From: Ptychomitrium polyphyllum
Lineage: Eukaryota
DNA: 64,000 nt
Assembly: GCA_973851085.1 (NCBI GenBank)
Contig: OZ316776.1
Span: 2,852,001-2,916,000, forward strand
Reading direction: 5' to 3'
In this document: piece after piece, positions 25,303 to 38,699 of the stretch
Position numbering within the stretch: position 1 is the first letter of the stretch
How the letters are laid out: the number at the start of each line of letters is the position of its first letter
The notes under the pieces: generated by a model
Seen by the model: the letters and a program-made list of their open reading frames with translations, nothing else
The model's database searches: none
Told to the model about the DNA's origin: nothing
Position numbers and translations under genes: made by a program

Positions 25303-27523
25303 ACATGTTCCATCTTGTACATTCTCTGGTTTCAGGGTTTTGTTGTACCATGCTGCTCAAGCTGGATCACTGGCCTGGTCAATTCGAATGTTATTGATTT
25401 CTTTAGAGGCAATATATTCTTGCGGTCGAAGGGATGTTATTGGTATTCTATTTGCATCTATTTTGCCCCTTTTGTAAGCGACTACAAAACCACTTGAGGA
25501 CTCATCTAGCAACTCGAAGAATGCTGCTGAATTTATTTCAGTTATGGCATATTGTTTGAAGTTTGGATGTCAGTTAGTGCTGGGGCAAAGAAACTTCATC
25601 AGGAAATTGAGCTGAAGCAGGCTTCTTTAATGTTGCTAGTGGCAGACCACCCATTGGCAGATTTTGTGTAATATTGGTAATGGACTTTCTATTATAGTTT
25701 TGTTCTCTTTGCCAACTTTGAATTTGACCATCCATAATGCTGACTGGTAGTGCTTTTATGTCTGCTCTTGTGCTAAATGAGCTCTTTCTGAGGTAAAACG
25801 ACACCTGGTGTAGAAGCCACTTATCGAATGCACTAGCGGCTATAAAGACAGCTTATCATCACATTCTAATTTTTCTTCTATATACACAGCTAAATTCAGA
25901 TATCTCTTTCTTCAGATTGCATACTCTTCACTCTTTCGTCGTTTTGACAATTTACAATGTCTTTCATTTCGTACTACTGTACCCCTTTGAATCTGATTCC
26001 CTTTTCTGAGGACACCTCGTTATAATTTTATATACTTGCCGTTGGACCTTCTCTTTTCCCTCACGATGCAAACTCTGACAAGCATCAGTGCTTCATATTT
26101 AAGACAAGAATGACCGCCCTAATAATTCGGGAACGGCCTCTCAGAAGGTGATATGTGTACAAACTGCATATGAGTTCCGCTTTTACAGAAACAGATGGCT
26201 ACCTCTTTGACTAAATGTGCAGACCACAGCCAGCATGAAAACCTGCATCACCTTACATCCATGGCTTTCAACCATTGAACTTCACGTCTATGATCTGGCT
26301 TCCTACAGGCGCCTGGCTTTGGCGTATTCATCGTACAGATCACTGGCCTTACTACTAACAACTTCCTGACTAAATTCAGTTTGTTCGAAGTGAACATAAT
26401 ACAGCAGGAGTTCTGATATTCTTGAATGGTGCACAATGGAGCGGCTACAGTAGCGAATGTTCATCATTACAATATTGCGAAAAATGCTGAATTGTCACTC
26501 GAATAGGTCAAGGTTAGCTACGCAAAGTACGAAGGTGTGATAATTGTAACACCCTTAATATAATTACAATGTGTAGCTTCCTTTGTTCGTCAAATGCACT
26601 TTTACACTTACCAACTCATAATGGTGATATGGAAGCTATAGAAGCAATTTTAAGAAATATGAGAAATAAGGTTATCTTAGTGTTATATTAGGTTCTACAA
26701 ATTTGGGAGAGGGTTACAAAAGAAATTTCATCTCTTCGTGATGCAACCAAAAATCATTCTGACTTTTGGAGGCTTGTGATGTGCATATAATTGGTGAAGA
26801 GCATACTACGATGATGGTTTCCTGCAGTTCAATTGTGGTAACAATTATGTTAATGACTGGCTGATGCTATCATTTATAGCAAGGCCAGTCGTCATGGCTG
26901 AACTTAAACACCAACACAATCTACTATCTTTGATGTAGACAGTTGCACAAAGAGTTTTAAATAGCTTAAGGAGGTCAATAATCATTGAACAGATATATAC
27001 AAGTTGCCTGACCGCCAGCACAGTCTTATACTTCTATATTTTGAGTTTTGTCAAAAATACTGCCAAAAGAGTATGAGATGTTGAGTTTAATAGTTACCAA
27101 TCCGAAGTGAAAACATCCTACAACATCTCAAGTGTGAACGATCAAGTTATACCAGTTCTGTCATTGAAAATCCTTCACGAGATTTCGATCAGGAACCTTA
27201 ATTTAGCTAACTTTCTTCACATCGGTGGAATCGATACCAAAGTCATCATTTGACGGCTATTTACATCTAGAAGTCTAAGTTCTCTTAAATTCCCAGAGTT
27301 AAAAACCTCACACTAACTGCGGACATTTGGACGACGGTATCGTCTAAAAACTAAAGTTTGCCACAATTAGAAATGAATCTGAATCCATGCGCAAGTGACT
27401 CGCCAGATCGAATGTAGAATACCGAGTTCCAAAAACATATTTTACATGGACGCACCCTACCGTAACTGTACAGGCTACAATTAAAACGAGACTTCTACTT
27501 CTAAACTGAGGTCCAAATGAATA

Positions 27524-28333
27524 CTACGAGTGTAATTTAAGTATAACACGAAGAACGTCGAAAAAATCTGCTCGACCAACTGGCTCACTCTCCAGATTCC
27601 CAGTAGCATAATTTCTTCTGAAAGCAATGTAATTCGAAATTTAGGTGTACAAAAAATGGCAACCTCGGAACCACTATATGCAATATGCTTACTGCAAAGT
27701 AGTGAGCTTCTGGAAATCCTCTTGCTCCCCCAACAAGTTGGTCTGCTTCAACGTCGTGGCCAATGACACTTGGCTCACTAGAGTAGTGGGCGCCTTGAAG
27801 GACGACTCTGATCTCAAGGGAGCCGGCATTGCGGAGGCAGTGCGTCTTAGATCAGTACCACTCTGCAAATTACTTGCAACATTACTGGCACACGGCCTCA
27901 CCATTCCCAAGGCCAAGCACATCACCAAAGCGCGTCTCCTGGACGTCCTAGAGTTCGTCTTGCCCGCGCTCTTCCGCACACGCATCGCCGCAGGTCCTTC
28001 CTCAATCACAGCGTCCACCGCATCAAGAATCTCCCCTGATGCAGTCGCGATCTCATCACCAACCTTACTCACAGCTTGCGAAATCACACTCTCCGGAGTC
28101 TGATCCGCCACGACAGAGCCAGCCTCTTGTGCGCAAGCGCTAACGCTCCTCGTCGTCACAGGCTTCCTCGACTTCGTCCTCCGCAGCCCGGAACTCTGAA
28201 ACCTCGGCTTCACAGGCAAAGGCAACACTCCCCCCGCCTGCGCCTTCCCCTGGCTCGCCGAAACCACGGCCTCCGCCACCGCGATACTCGCCACCATCTG
28301 AGTACACGACGTCGAACTCGCACTCAACGCCAT
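27524..28333 (-). CDS. Unknown protein, probably plastid-targeted; 214 aa unspliced (stop at 27689) or 244 aa if intron 27618-27692 is spliced
   Basis: A GC-rich ORF begins MALSASSTS with a Ser/Ala/Arg-rich transit-peptide-like N-terminus and an internal SRRRALVMCLALGMV segment. CA|GTAAGC...TTTCAG defines a plausible 75-nt intron overlapping the first stop codon. Confidence 0.65.
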
Positions 28334-31300
28334 TGAAGTCGTTCTCTCACCAAAAACCTCAAAAACTCAAACCTTGGTCCAAACTCGGAACTTACGCAAG
28401 TCTCACAACCTGGGCAAACGCAAAACTTGGGGGCCAACTCCTGCATGCAACACTGCAGCGAAACTACAGCAAGTGCAAGAAACTGTCTAGACGCTCTACA
28501 GACTTCTGGAGATTTTTCGCAGGAGATTCGTGTAGGATAGTGATGAGCAGAGACAGAGGTGCTTTCCAGCAGCTCCACTCTGAGGTTAAGAATAGGATTG
28601 TGAAGAGCTCGCAGACGGAGGTCTGGCAATGGCGGAGAGAAAAATAAACGCGAGATCTGTGCGTGGTGCGGAACTGGGAGCGTGTCAATATAAGCGAAAC
28701 ACTACACGCATGCGCAATCGAGAGCTATCCACCTCCTCGTAGATTCGCAAATCTTGGATGTACGCAATCGAAACATAACGTAGATTTGGAGGTCACGTTA
28801 AAAAGCGACACTGCACATTGAAGAGACCAACAGTATCTACGATGGCTATAGATTGAAATGGGGTGTATGTCTAAGAGATGTAGATAACAGCGGGAGGGAG
28901 GGGACCGAGGTGGCAGGCGGTGGTTGGAGTTGCGGGGAGTTGCGGTACAATGGAGGACATGTGGCGGGGATATTTTTTGTTGACGGGGTTGGGAGTCGTG
29001 CGGATGCGCCCAGCGTGTGGTTCGCTTTTAGGCTTTCAAGGGGGGTCCTTGCTGAGTTGGACTCTTGGGTCCTCTGGGCACCGCCGTTCAGTTTGTGGTC
29101 ATGGTTCGATTGTTTTGTGGTGGAGGGTGATTGCGAGATTGTGCTTGTCCACCGATTACCACCAAGAATCGAGGCAATAATTTTAGTATTCGACGTGAGT
29201 TTATGTTTTATCATGATTAATTTTTCACATGCAAAATATGGAACTCTGTCAAAAAGTCATATTTTAGGGCAAGTTTTCACGAGGTCCAAAGTTTAAGGCT
29301 TTCTGATTGTGCCCCAATATTGTAAATTTTCCTCATTTGCGTAGTCCTTTCAACCAATTTTTTTTCACATTCAAGAATTGCTTTAAGGACTACAATGGTG
29401 TTTAGAGAATGAAAGGTTATTTTCTTTAATTTCAGTCTTCTTCATATTGTTCACGAACATACAAAAAAATTAAATCTTTAGTAAAGACAATTAGTTTGTA
29501 GATGCAACTACGTTATATTAATTTACTATTACATGATATAGTTTTATAGTTGTATTGACTTCAATATACAAGATCCAATTCCTGTTTGCTCTTGTTTTAT
29601 GATGTTTTGGATTATTATAAGTATGTTTCTTTAATGTAATTTAATTAGCTCCACTAAAATCTAATTTGATTTTTTTTATAATTGTTTATATAAAGAATTA
29701 AGGTAGTTTTATATTATATTTTGTAGCTATCTTTCCAAAAGCAAAGTAAACTTTAAATTTGAAGTTCATTTATTCTATCGTTCAATATTGAATTTAATTT
29801 CAATAATTGAAAACATGTTATTATAATTTTAATCTTTTCAAAATGTTCCAAAATACTTCTAAAGTATGTTTTTTATTAAAAGATAAAAGTAGAAGTTTAT
29901 TACTTTTTTAAATGCACATAGCAAAAGATTTGCAAAAGATTATAATAAGAGCTTATTTGGTTCAATTGGAAATTGGTGGATTTAATTTGCAATACATGAA
30001 TAAATAGACATAGTTTAATATTTGTATAGATATATGGATAACAAAAAATAATTTCCATCAATTTATCTGTTTAAAAAATTTATTCTTTTATTTGATTTTT
30101 GATTTTCATATGATTTTGTACAAGAATAATATTACATAGTTTATAATAGTTTATATAAAAAATAAGCACCTCAATTACAAATTCAATTCAACCATATATA
30201 AGATTGTATGGAGTTCTTCTAATTTCTTAATGCAAGTTAAAAATTTGAATTCATAATTATAAATAACTTTATTATCAAAGTTAAGTTTTTTCTTTAGAAA
30301 CTCAAACTTTTTTTTTTTAAAATTATGCATTTCATAAAATTTAAATTTTTGTAGATTTACTTTTCTTATTTAACAAAAAACTAAAAAAAATAACAAATAC
30401 AAAATATTTTAATATTCAAAAATATATTATATTTCTATGGAAATTTAGATTTGAGTTTTTTTATAATTTAATTAGTTAAATCTGAAGATGAATCATAACC
30501 TTTTTAATGACTGTTAAAATTAAACGCTTTAATAAATTTTTTACAATAATACCAAAACATACCATATTAAGTGTCATGAATTTCAAATAAATCATCAAAT
30601 ACCATATCTAGAAATTAAAAATGTGTAAAAATGATACAGAACATCTTTAATGTATTTTAAATAATTTTGTGAATCCTATAGAAATAAAATAAGATGTTTA
30701 AAAGTAAATCGAGAATTTTCTAGGACTTATATTATATATACTCAATTTTTTTCAAAATCACAAAAAAAAAATTTGGAACTATTATTTCATTGCATTATTG
30801 TTATATAGCCTTTATTACATACTTACATACAAAAGTGATTTGCAATGCTTGTTTTAAATACTTAATCAAAACAAAAAAAATAAAATAACAAATCATGTAG
30901 ATTTATTATGTCTTAGAACTTTTTTAAATCTACTAGAAAAATATAATTTTAGTTTGGGAAATTATTTTTATAAAAGCATTAATTATCAGTAGTGACATTA
31001 ATTTTTTTGAATTTATATATTTTTTCACCAAAAAATAAAAATGAACATAAAAGGTTTTTGTACATGAAACAAAACAAAAATAAGAATAGAAGCAAGAAGT
31101 GTGGTCAATCTAAAAAGATGGCCGCTTAAAAACACAAGATGAAGGTATAAATACTTGAAAGGCATGTATTAGCCAATAATGAATTGATTAGAATACATTA
31201 TGATTTATTATAAAGTATATTAACCAACAGATTCCTTATAGGAAATGAAGCATATTTATACAATGTAATCATCAAGTTGATGAAGATAAATATTATTTGT

Positions 31301-33928
31301 AACAAGCAATATAATAGATGAAAAATTGGAGTGATTTTAATTGTAATGAATTATAAAAACTTATTATGAAGTATTTATTTCAATAAGTAATTCAATTCAA
31401 CCCTAAAATAGTTAAAATAATTATAATGCTTTTCAATCAAACAGTAAATTTGAAAAAGCTTTCCGTTGCATAGTTTTTCAAATTTTTGTGTTCGTTATTC
31501 TTTAACAAGGATAAAAAATAAAATTGAATTTATGAAATATAGGCTTGATTTTTGAATCAATTTCAATGTGATGAATGTTGATTTTTTATATTAAATGCAT
31601 ATTAAATGTATATCAAGTAAAAGTATTGAATTGATAATTTATGTTTTTGACATTCATTAAATTACATAAATTCATATTTGATGTTGTAAGGATTGCATTA
31701 AAAGTAATTTTTTAGATTGTTTTTTTCTTGTCACAATCATGTAAAATAGTAGTAAAGATATTGATTTTCATACATTATTCTAAAAGGTGCTATAAATTTG
31801 TAGGATACATAAATTCTAAGGTATATATACTTACATAATTATATGGTTCATAATATATAATACATGTCAAATTAAATTTTTTGATAATAACAAAATTATA
31901 AATTTTTAAATTATGGAGAGCATTGGATTTGAAGCATATAGGATTCAAGTATACAAAAGTTAAGGTGTATAGAGATTAAGATATATAATTAACATGGCCC
32001 AACTTCTTTTCATGAGTCAATTTTATTAAAAAAAAATTAAAAAAATTGCTGGTTTTTTTGCATAATTTTTTGTTTTAGCAAAGCAAAAATGGTTGTTCAT
32101 ATCATTTATTGATTATGGATTCATAAAATTAAGTTTCCTCATTTTGTTTCATTTTAAAAAAATAATATATTAAACATATTTATGCACATATTCAAATCAT
32201 ATGTGAAAATCCTTACAACTACCTTTTAATTGCAAATCATTAACAATAACATTTTTCTTGACCATTGGAAGAATGAAAAATAATAATTTTAATAGTGTGT
32301 AATATTTGAAATTCTAATTTTTGACTTGTATATTTATATTTGAAATTATTTGATCATTAAATCATCTTCTTTATATTATTGAAGAATATTAGAATTTGCC
32401 AAAATATTACTTGTGTAATGCAAAATTTTATTTGAACTTCATTAACATCCACAATCATGTTTAACTACTTTCTTAGCATAATAAAGAGAATGCATGCACA
32501 ATACAACCACATTATTGTATCTTCAAAAAAAATTATTATTATTATTTTTATTGCCAATGTATTTTATTTTAATTTGTTGTCTTTAAGTAGTTTGTAGTTG
32601 TAAATTATAATACAACTTTATAGAAGTATAATCTAATGTTATAAAAGTTGAATTCACATGTATTCAATATATTTTTGAAGTTTAAATTTAAATGCATATA
32701 AAAACTATTGATGATTTTTTTTGGAATTTAAAAAAATTAATTTAAATGATGAAGAAGAATACATACTGATCAAAAGATAATGATTCAACGTTATTAACTA
32801 TGTAAAACATGGTTGTAATAATGTGTAATTTTGTAGGGTAGATTTTGATTCAACAATAATAATATTTGCACAATCATGTTCATTGAAAATCTTCATTATG
32901 GGAATAAATGGCTTCAATAAATGCACTTTTCACACAACTATTTTTTGGCATGAACAAAACGCAATTATAGATAATTTAATTAAAACAACAACAAATATAT
33001 TTTAAAAGTTGCAAAAATAACAAAAACAATAATATATATTTTAAAGAGTTGCAAAATGTAATGAGTAAGATTTCAAAAGGTAAGTATTTCAAAGTTTATA
33101 AACTACATATATACCACTAAAAAAGAGAGTCAAAGCACTTGTATATTATTTAAAGAAAATTTAAGCTACAAAGATCTTAATTTATGACAAGATCAATACA
33201 AATGACATATCAAACAATCTGAGTTCTAGATCAAAAGCATCAACTTAGCTTTATGAAGTTGTTACCTTCAACACCAATTAAAATTCATGAAGTGATAAAA
33301 TTCATGAGGTGATAAAAATGCTTGTTAAATATTTTAATAATCAAAATTTAAACACATACTTACAATATACAATAAACTATAAAGACTTATTCTTAATTTA
33401 TATTAAAAAGAACGTTTTGATAAAATCCATGTAACATTGATTCAATGCACATGTTCTGAAATTAAAAAATTAAATTTAAATTTGCACTAATCACCAAAAG
33501 ATATTGCAAATTTCACCTTTTGAGTACGTAATGTTACTTTGATACAATCATATGATTAGCAAAAGTTAACCTAAAAAATAATATAAGATGTTTTATATAT
33601 AAACTAATTACATTTGTTCATTATAATATCGTACTCTAGTCTATACTATTATTTATATTTGTTTATATTATATAATATAAACGATACATAAAGCAGTATT
33701 GTTTTGGCTTATCTGAATTGCTAGCATATTCATAGGCTGAAAAAGACAACAAAAGGACGGTGTATGGTCTGGTTTTAATAAACAAGAATGTATTTGACAT
33801 GCAAAACATTTTGTGAATGTGTTGATGGTTGAACTCTACATGTACAAATTTTGATCAGTATATGATACTGTGGAGTTTGTGAGTAACATTGAAATTAGTT
33901 AGTATAGCAAAGTACTTTCAGAGGTAAA

Positions 33929-36814
33929 ATGAAAGTTTATCAAGAGAGTTTGAAAGAACTTGCCTTAGAAGCTGGAGTAGCAGAAATGTTTGTTGATCTC
34001 ATTTTGCCTCCAAGGTCTTCTTCTGAGCCAAGACCTTATGATCATTTTCTGGAAGTTCTGAAACGAATGGATTTAAACTTGACAATGATATCAACAAAAT
34101 TAATCGAAGTTTTAATGCCTCTACGGAAATCACTAATAGATCTACAATTAAAAACAGAAGAAAGTCATGCTGAAACAGACTTGGCTAAAGCTTTTCTGAG
34201 TTTTAAAAGAGCAAGTTCTCAAATCTTCATTAATCATGATGAACTTGATGAAAGTATTACAAATATTGCGTTTTTTGATGCCATTGCAAAACTAGAGTTT
34301 AAGAAGGTATATCAGTTTTTAGAAGATAAACCTGAATTGGTATTTGATATTAGCAGACAAGAGAAATCATCTTTAAATGCTGCAATTGTTGTAAATTCAG
34401 AATCAATGGTTAGAGTTTTTTTGAATGTAGCATTTAAAATTTGCAAAAAGAATATTAAAGTTAAACAACTCCTTGATGTTCCAGACACTAACTTGGGGAT
34501 GAACTCATTTCAACTTGCTACTTTGAACGGCAATAGGAACATGCACAGTATTTTAGAAGTTGCAAAAGCATATTCAATAAAAAATTCAATACACATGTTT
34601 AGTTTTATAAATGCTTCCATTCCAATAAAAAGTTACTGGAGTAAAATTGTTGAGAATGAAGATGTTGCTCATAAAAATCTTGACAACATTAGAGAATTGA
34701 TAGATCCTATACTAAAAAAGGTTAGAAAAGATAATACTTGGAATTGGTATGACAGACTACAATTTAAAATGATTCGAGCAAAAAGTTACTCAATCACAAG
34801 CAATGAAGAGGCAAGCATTGAACAATCAATGATGTGGGGAAATGAATTTGTTTTGCATTTGTTATTTGGAAGTAAGTATGTAGGTGATGAAGGAATGTCT
34901 CTTCTAAAAGAAATTTGTACATGTTTGAAATTGAAATTATTTCCTTACGTCTTATATCTTTGGGATAGTAATGGTAGAACTCCATTACACGTTTTGGCCA
35001 ACAACTTTGACATTGAAGGCTATCAAATGAAAACCATACTTGAAATCATAGATTTTCATTGTCCAAGACTATTACAACTTAACATTGAAGATATTGCAGG
35101 TCGGACTCCACTTTATTGTGCTGCTTCTCAAGGCAATTATATGGCTTTGAGAATATTTATTGAAGATTTACGAACAAACTTAAATGCAACTATTGACTTT
35201 CAATCAAATCATTTTCCAAATTATAGCAATACTACAAAATCAATAGGCCTTTCACATTCGGCAATAGGAATTACTGCTCTTCACATTGCAGTCCTTCACA
35301 ATCATCAAAATGTTGTTGATGCACTTTTACATGCTCGTTTGCACCTTGACAATATGGATGTAAATAAAAATATTGATGTAAATCTTGAATGTTCATATAA
35401 TACTTTTAAACTCACTCCTTTTCAATTAGCGGCATTCAAAGGCCATACTCAAATCATACAAGTATTTTTGAAGGTAATCTATTTGTAATTGTTATATTTT
35501 GAAAAGTTTAAGCTATAATGTTATTTTTTATCTTAAAAGATATTATTGAATATAAGTTTTTAATTGAAACTAAACTAACTAATAAAATAATAAAATAATA
35601 AAAGAATTATATTGTTTAACTAACTAATAAATAAATAAATAAATATGCTTTTGGGTTGATTTTTTTACTCTTTCTGTATGGGTGTATTTGTTTAGGATCA
35701 AAACATCATAGATAAATGCATCATAAATCCAAAAAGGCAAAGGGATCCACATTTTAAAATACCCGCAATAAGCTTAGCAACGGCAAGTGGTAATCCCTTA
35801 GCATTACAAATATTCTTGACTCACCAACGAGTAAATCCATATGCCATTGATGCACAAGGCAACACAGCTTTGCATTATGCTGCAAAAGCGTTTGACAAGA
35901 GATTCAATGACATAGATTTTTTTACGTATGCGGATTATATAAGCATTGAACACTTTCGTCTTAAATCACCGAAAAGGAATAAACGATCGTCAGAAGTCAT
36001 CGGTTGTATGGAATTGTTAATGCAAGCTGGACTTGATATGAATAGAACCAACTCAGATGGATATTGTCCCGAGTTGTGCCCAACAACTCCTGAAGATGTT
36101 CGCCAATGGTGGTATGAAAAATTTACAAAGCAAACACAGGAACAATTGAATAACCTCTTTGGAGCAGCGAACGCAGTTTCTGTGACAGCAGCATTAGTAG
36201 CAACTGCATCCTTTACAGGACCTGCTCAACCACCACTTGGAATGGATAGTGGTGAAGTAGGTGGTAACGAATGGTTAAACAATTATGCTAAATTCTCCTT
36301 TCCTTCTGTAGAAGCATTTTTCTTTTGTGACTATTTAACATTTTATTTTTCGATGTCAGCAATCATATTAGCATTGATTCCTTTTTTACCCATATCCCAT
36401 GAAGGAATACTCCGTGAGGTTCAAGTGGCTCAAAAAAGTTTGCAAGCTGCAGTGATTGTATTATTCATATCAATTGTATTTTTTATTTGTACGTTTTTTA
36501 CAGCTGCTGTGTCGATTGTACCAAAACAATATTGGAGGTACAAATCACTGACAATGTTTACCACTGGCACTGGTGGTATGGTATGTACTATTGTCCTTGT
36601 TTTATTTTGCCTTCGTTTATTAAGAGTGATAAAGTTGAAGAATGGCCTTGCATTGGATGCATATAATGCAATTGTAAGAAATTTGAAAGCGCCTAAAAGT
36701 CCAACTAATCAAATTGTTGAAGCCGTACAAACACATATTGTAGTTAGGAAGGCTATTATGCGTTGGAAAAAAGCAGTTAAAAAACGTCGAGCTATGGAAC
36801 TTCATGGTCTTTAA
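33929..36814 (+). CDS. Ankyrin-repeat plus PGG-domain multi-pass membrane protein (ACD6/ITN1-like), 887 aa, 2 exons
   Basis: Exons 33929-35473 and 35696-36814 join in frame (AAG|GTAATC...TTTAG|GAT). Ankyrin motifs include NGRTPLHVLA, AGRTPLYCAASQGN, GITALHIAV, LTPFQLAAFKGH and QGNTALHYAA. The PGG region NAVSVTAALVATASFTGPAQPPLG is followed by several hydrophobic helices. Confidence 0.9.
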
Positions 36815-38699
36815 TTCTAATTTTATGTCATTGTAAGTATACATTTTTCTTTTTGTATGTATGGTTTTGTGGCATTTTGAATGCATTCTTTCACTCATAG
36901 AAGATTTTTTTTTTAATGTTTATTTATAGAAGTAAAATAAGTAGTCATAATATTTTTTAAGAGAATAAATAAGTTAGTTCTTTTTGTAAAATCAATAAAG
37001 GTAATTCAAACATATTATTGCACAAAGTACAAAAGAACTCTTGGAACATCTTTAAAAAGTCATATACTATATTTTTAAGTTGCTAGAAGCCAGGTACAAG
37101 TTTAACAAGATAGTAGATATTATATCCAATAAGAATCCGATTCTAATTGAATTTCATTCTTAATAAGCATCTCACATGCCTTGGAATGTGCCTTTCTAAA
37201 TATATCAAAATATTGGAAGTGTATGTTTTTATTTGAACTTAGCCACCATTTACAAGTTCAAAATATTTTGAATTATTTGAAATAAGGCATATGTACAAAA
37301 TATACAAAATGCAACATCTATCAATAAAATCTTTCAAATCTTGTCTTTGTTAGGATTGAGAACTCTTAACTATCTTTTATGTGTTTTTTAAAGTATGAAC
37401 ATTTTCATGAAACTTACAATTACTAAATTTTTGTTTTTGAGGTATATAAACATGTAGGTGAAATTACAAGAATAAAGTCATAAACTTGTAGAAAAATTCA
37501 CATTCATGTCTTAATTTTCATAGCATAGTTACAAAATAATACATTATTATAGTGCATAAAGGCTTTATTGAATATTTAAAAAAATTGTTTTGAGGTAATT
37601 TATAGAATGATTATATTTGAATTGATTGTAAATACTTACCTCTAAAAGAAATTAAGTTCATTTTGTAATCATTTAAGGCTAAAACTTCAAGTAGTAGTTT
37701 TTTTTTTTTTTTAAATGTCTCAAGTCAATATAAATTATTGGGCTATCTTTCAAACCAAGTCTAAATGCTGCAATGAATATTTTGCATTGATCCAAGTTGT
37801 CGTATAAATAAAGATTGCCACACATAATAAATTAAGTACCACTACCATTATTAGCTTTATAGCTACTCAAACCAAACAAAAATGCATTAAAAACACACCT
37901 TTAAGGAACAAAAAAGAAATTGCAATACTTGAGTTAAATTATCTCTCATTCCACAAAGAAAAATCCAAAAGTGCAAACCTATTAAAAAAAAGTCCAAAGA
38001 TCTTACTAAATGATTGCACCACCATCTTCAAACAAACCTTACACAATTCTTTCTTCTTTCAAATTAATTTAATAGGATTTGACTTGCATGTTAATACCAA
38101 GCCAAAGAAGCTTTTCCAAGTAAAATCTATTTACAATTTGATTAGATAAAAGTACCTATTAATATAAAGCTTACACTTAATGAATGAAATTGTTCAAAAA
38201 TAAAATTATATTTTTTCTATTGGATGTGGCTTAATATACAACATTATGTCATCTAAAAGCTATTGTGTAATTAAAATTGCCATATACAACAAACCTAATA
38301 TCATAATCATCATGAAATTTGCAATAAATAAAACCAAATATGAATGCATAACAAACACACCCTCTAATTCCTTCTCATTTAATTGATCATGGAGCCTTAC
38401 TAAACAGCTAAATCACAATTGCATGTAGTTGAAGTTGAATATTACAATGATGTCTTGGTAATCAAACAAGCCAAGTTGGCTAGGCAAGAAGTGACTAGAA
38501 GATATGTAGGTCAGTTGCAACATGAGTTATTTTCTTAATTGCCTTTGAAATTTTTGGTGTCAAATTCCATTATCAATCTTGACACAAAGCTCAAACCTTA
38601 AATATGCAACTAGTAAACACCAAACATATGGCATATTAGCAACCAAAATATGGCAATCTCTTATAAAATCCTATATTCTTATTAGTAGATGCAACGTGG

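Noticed and set aside
28846..29296. ORFs of 122-147 aa on both strands
   Set aside because: No recognisable motifs. It is a G-rich border between a promoter and the AT-rich tract, possibly a TE end, but unsupported.
29300..33900. Long AT-rich tract as a specific transposon or organellar insertion
   Set aside because: No ORF of 60 aa or more, no terminal repeats and no recognisable motifs could be read. It is probably decayed TE sequence but cannot be classified by eye.
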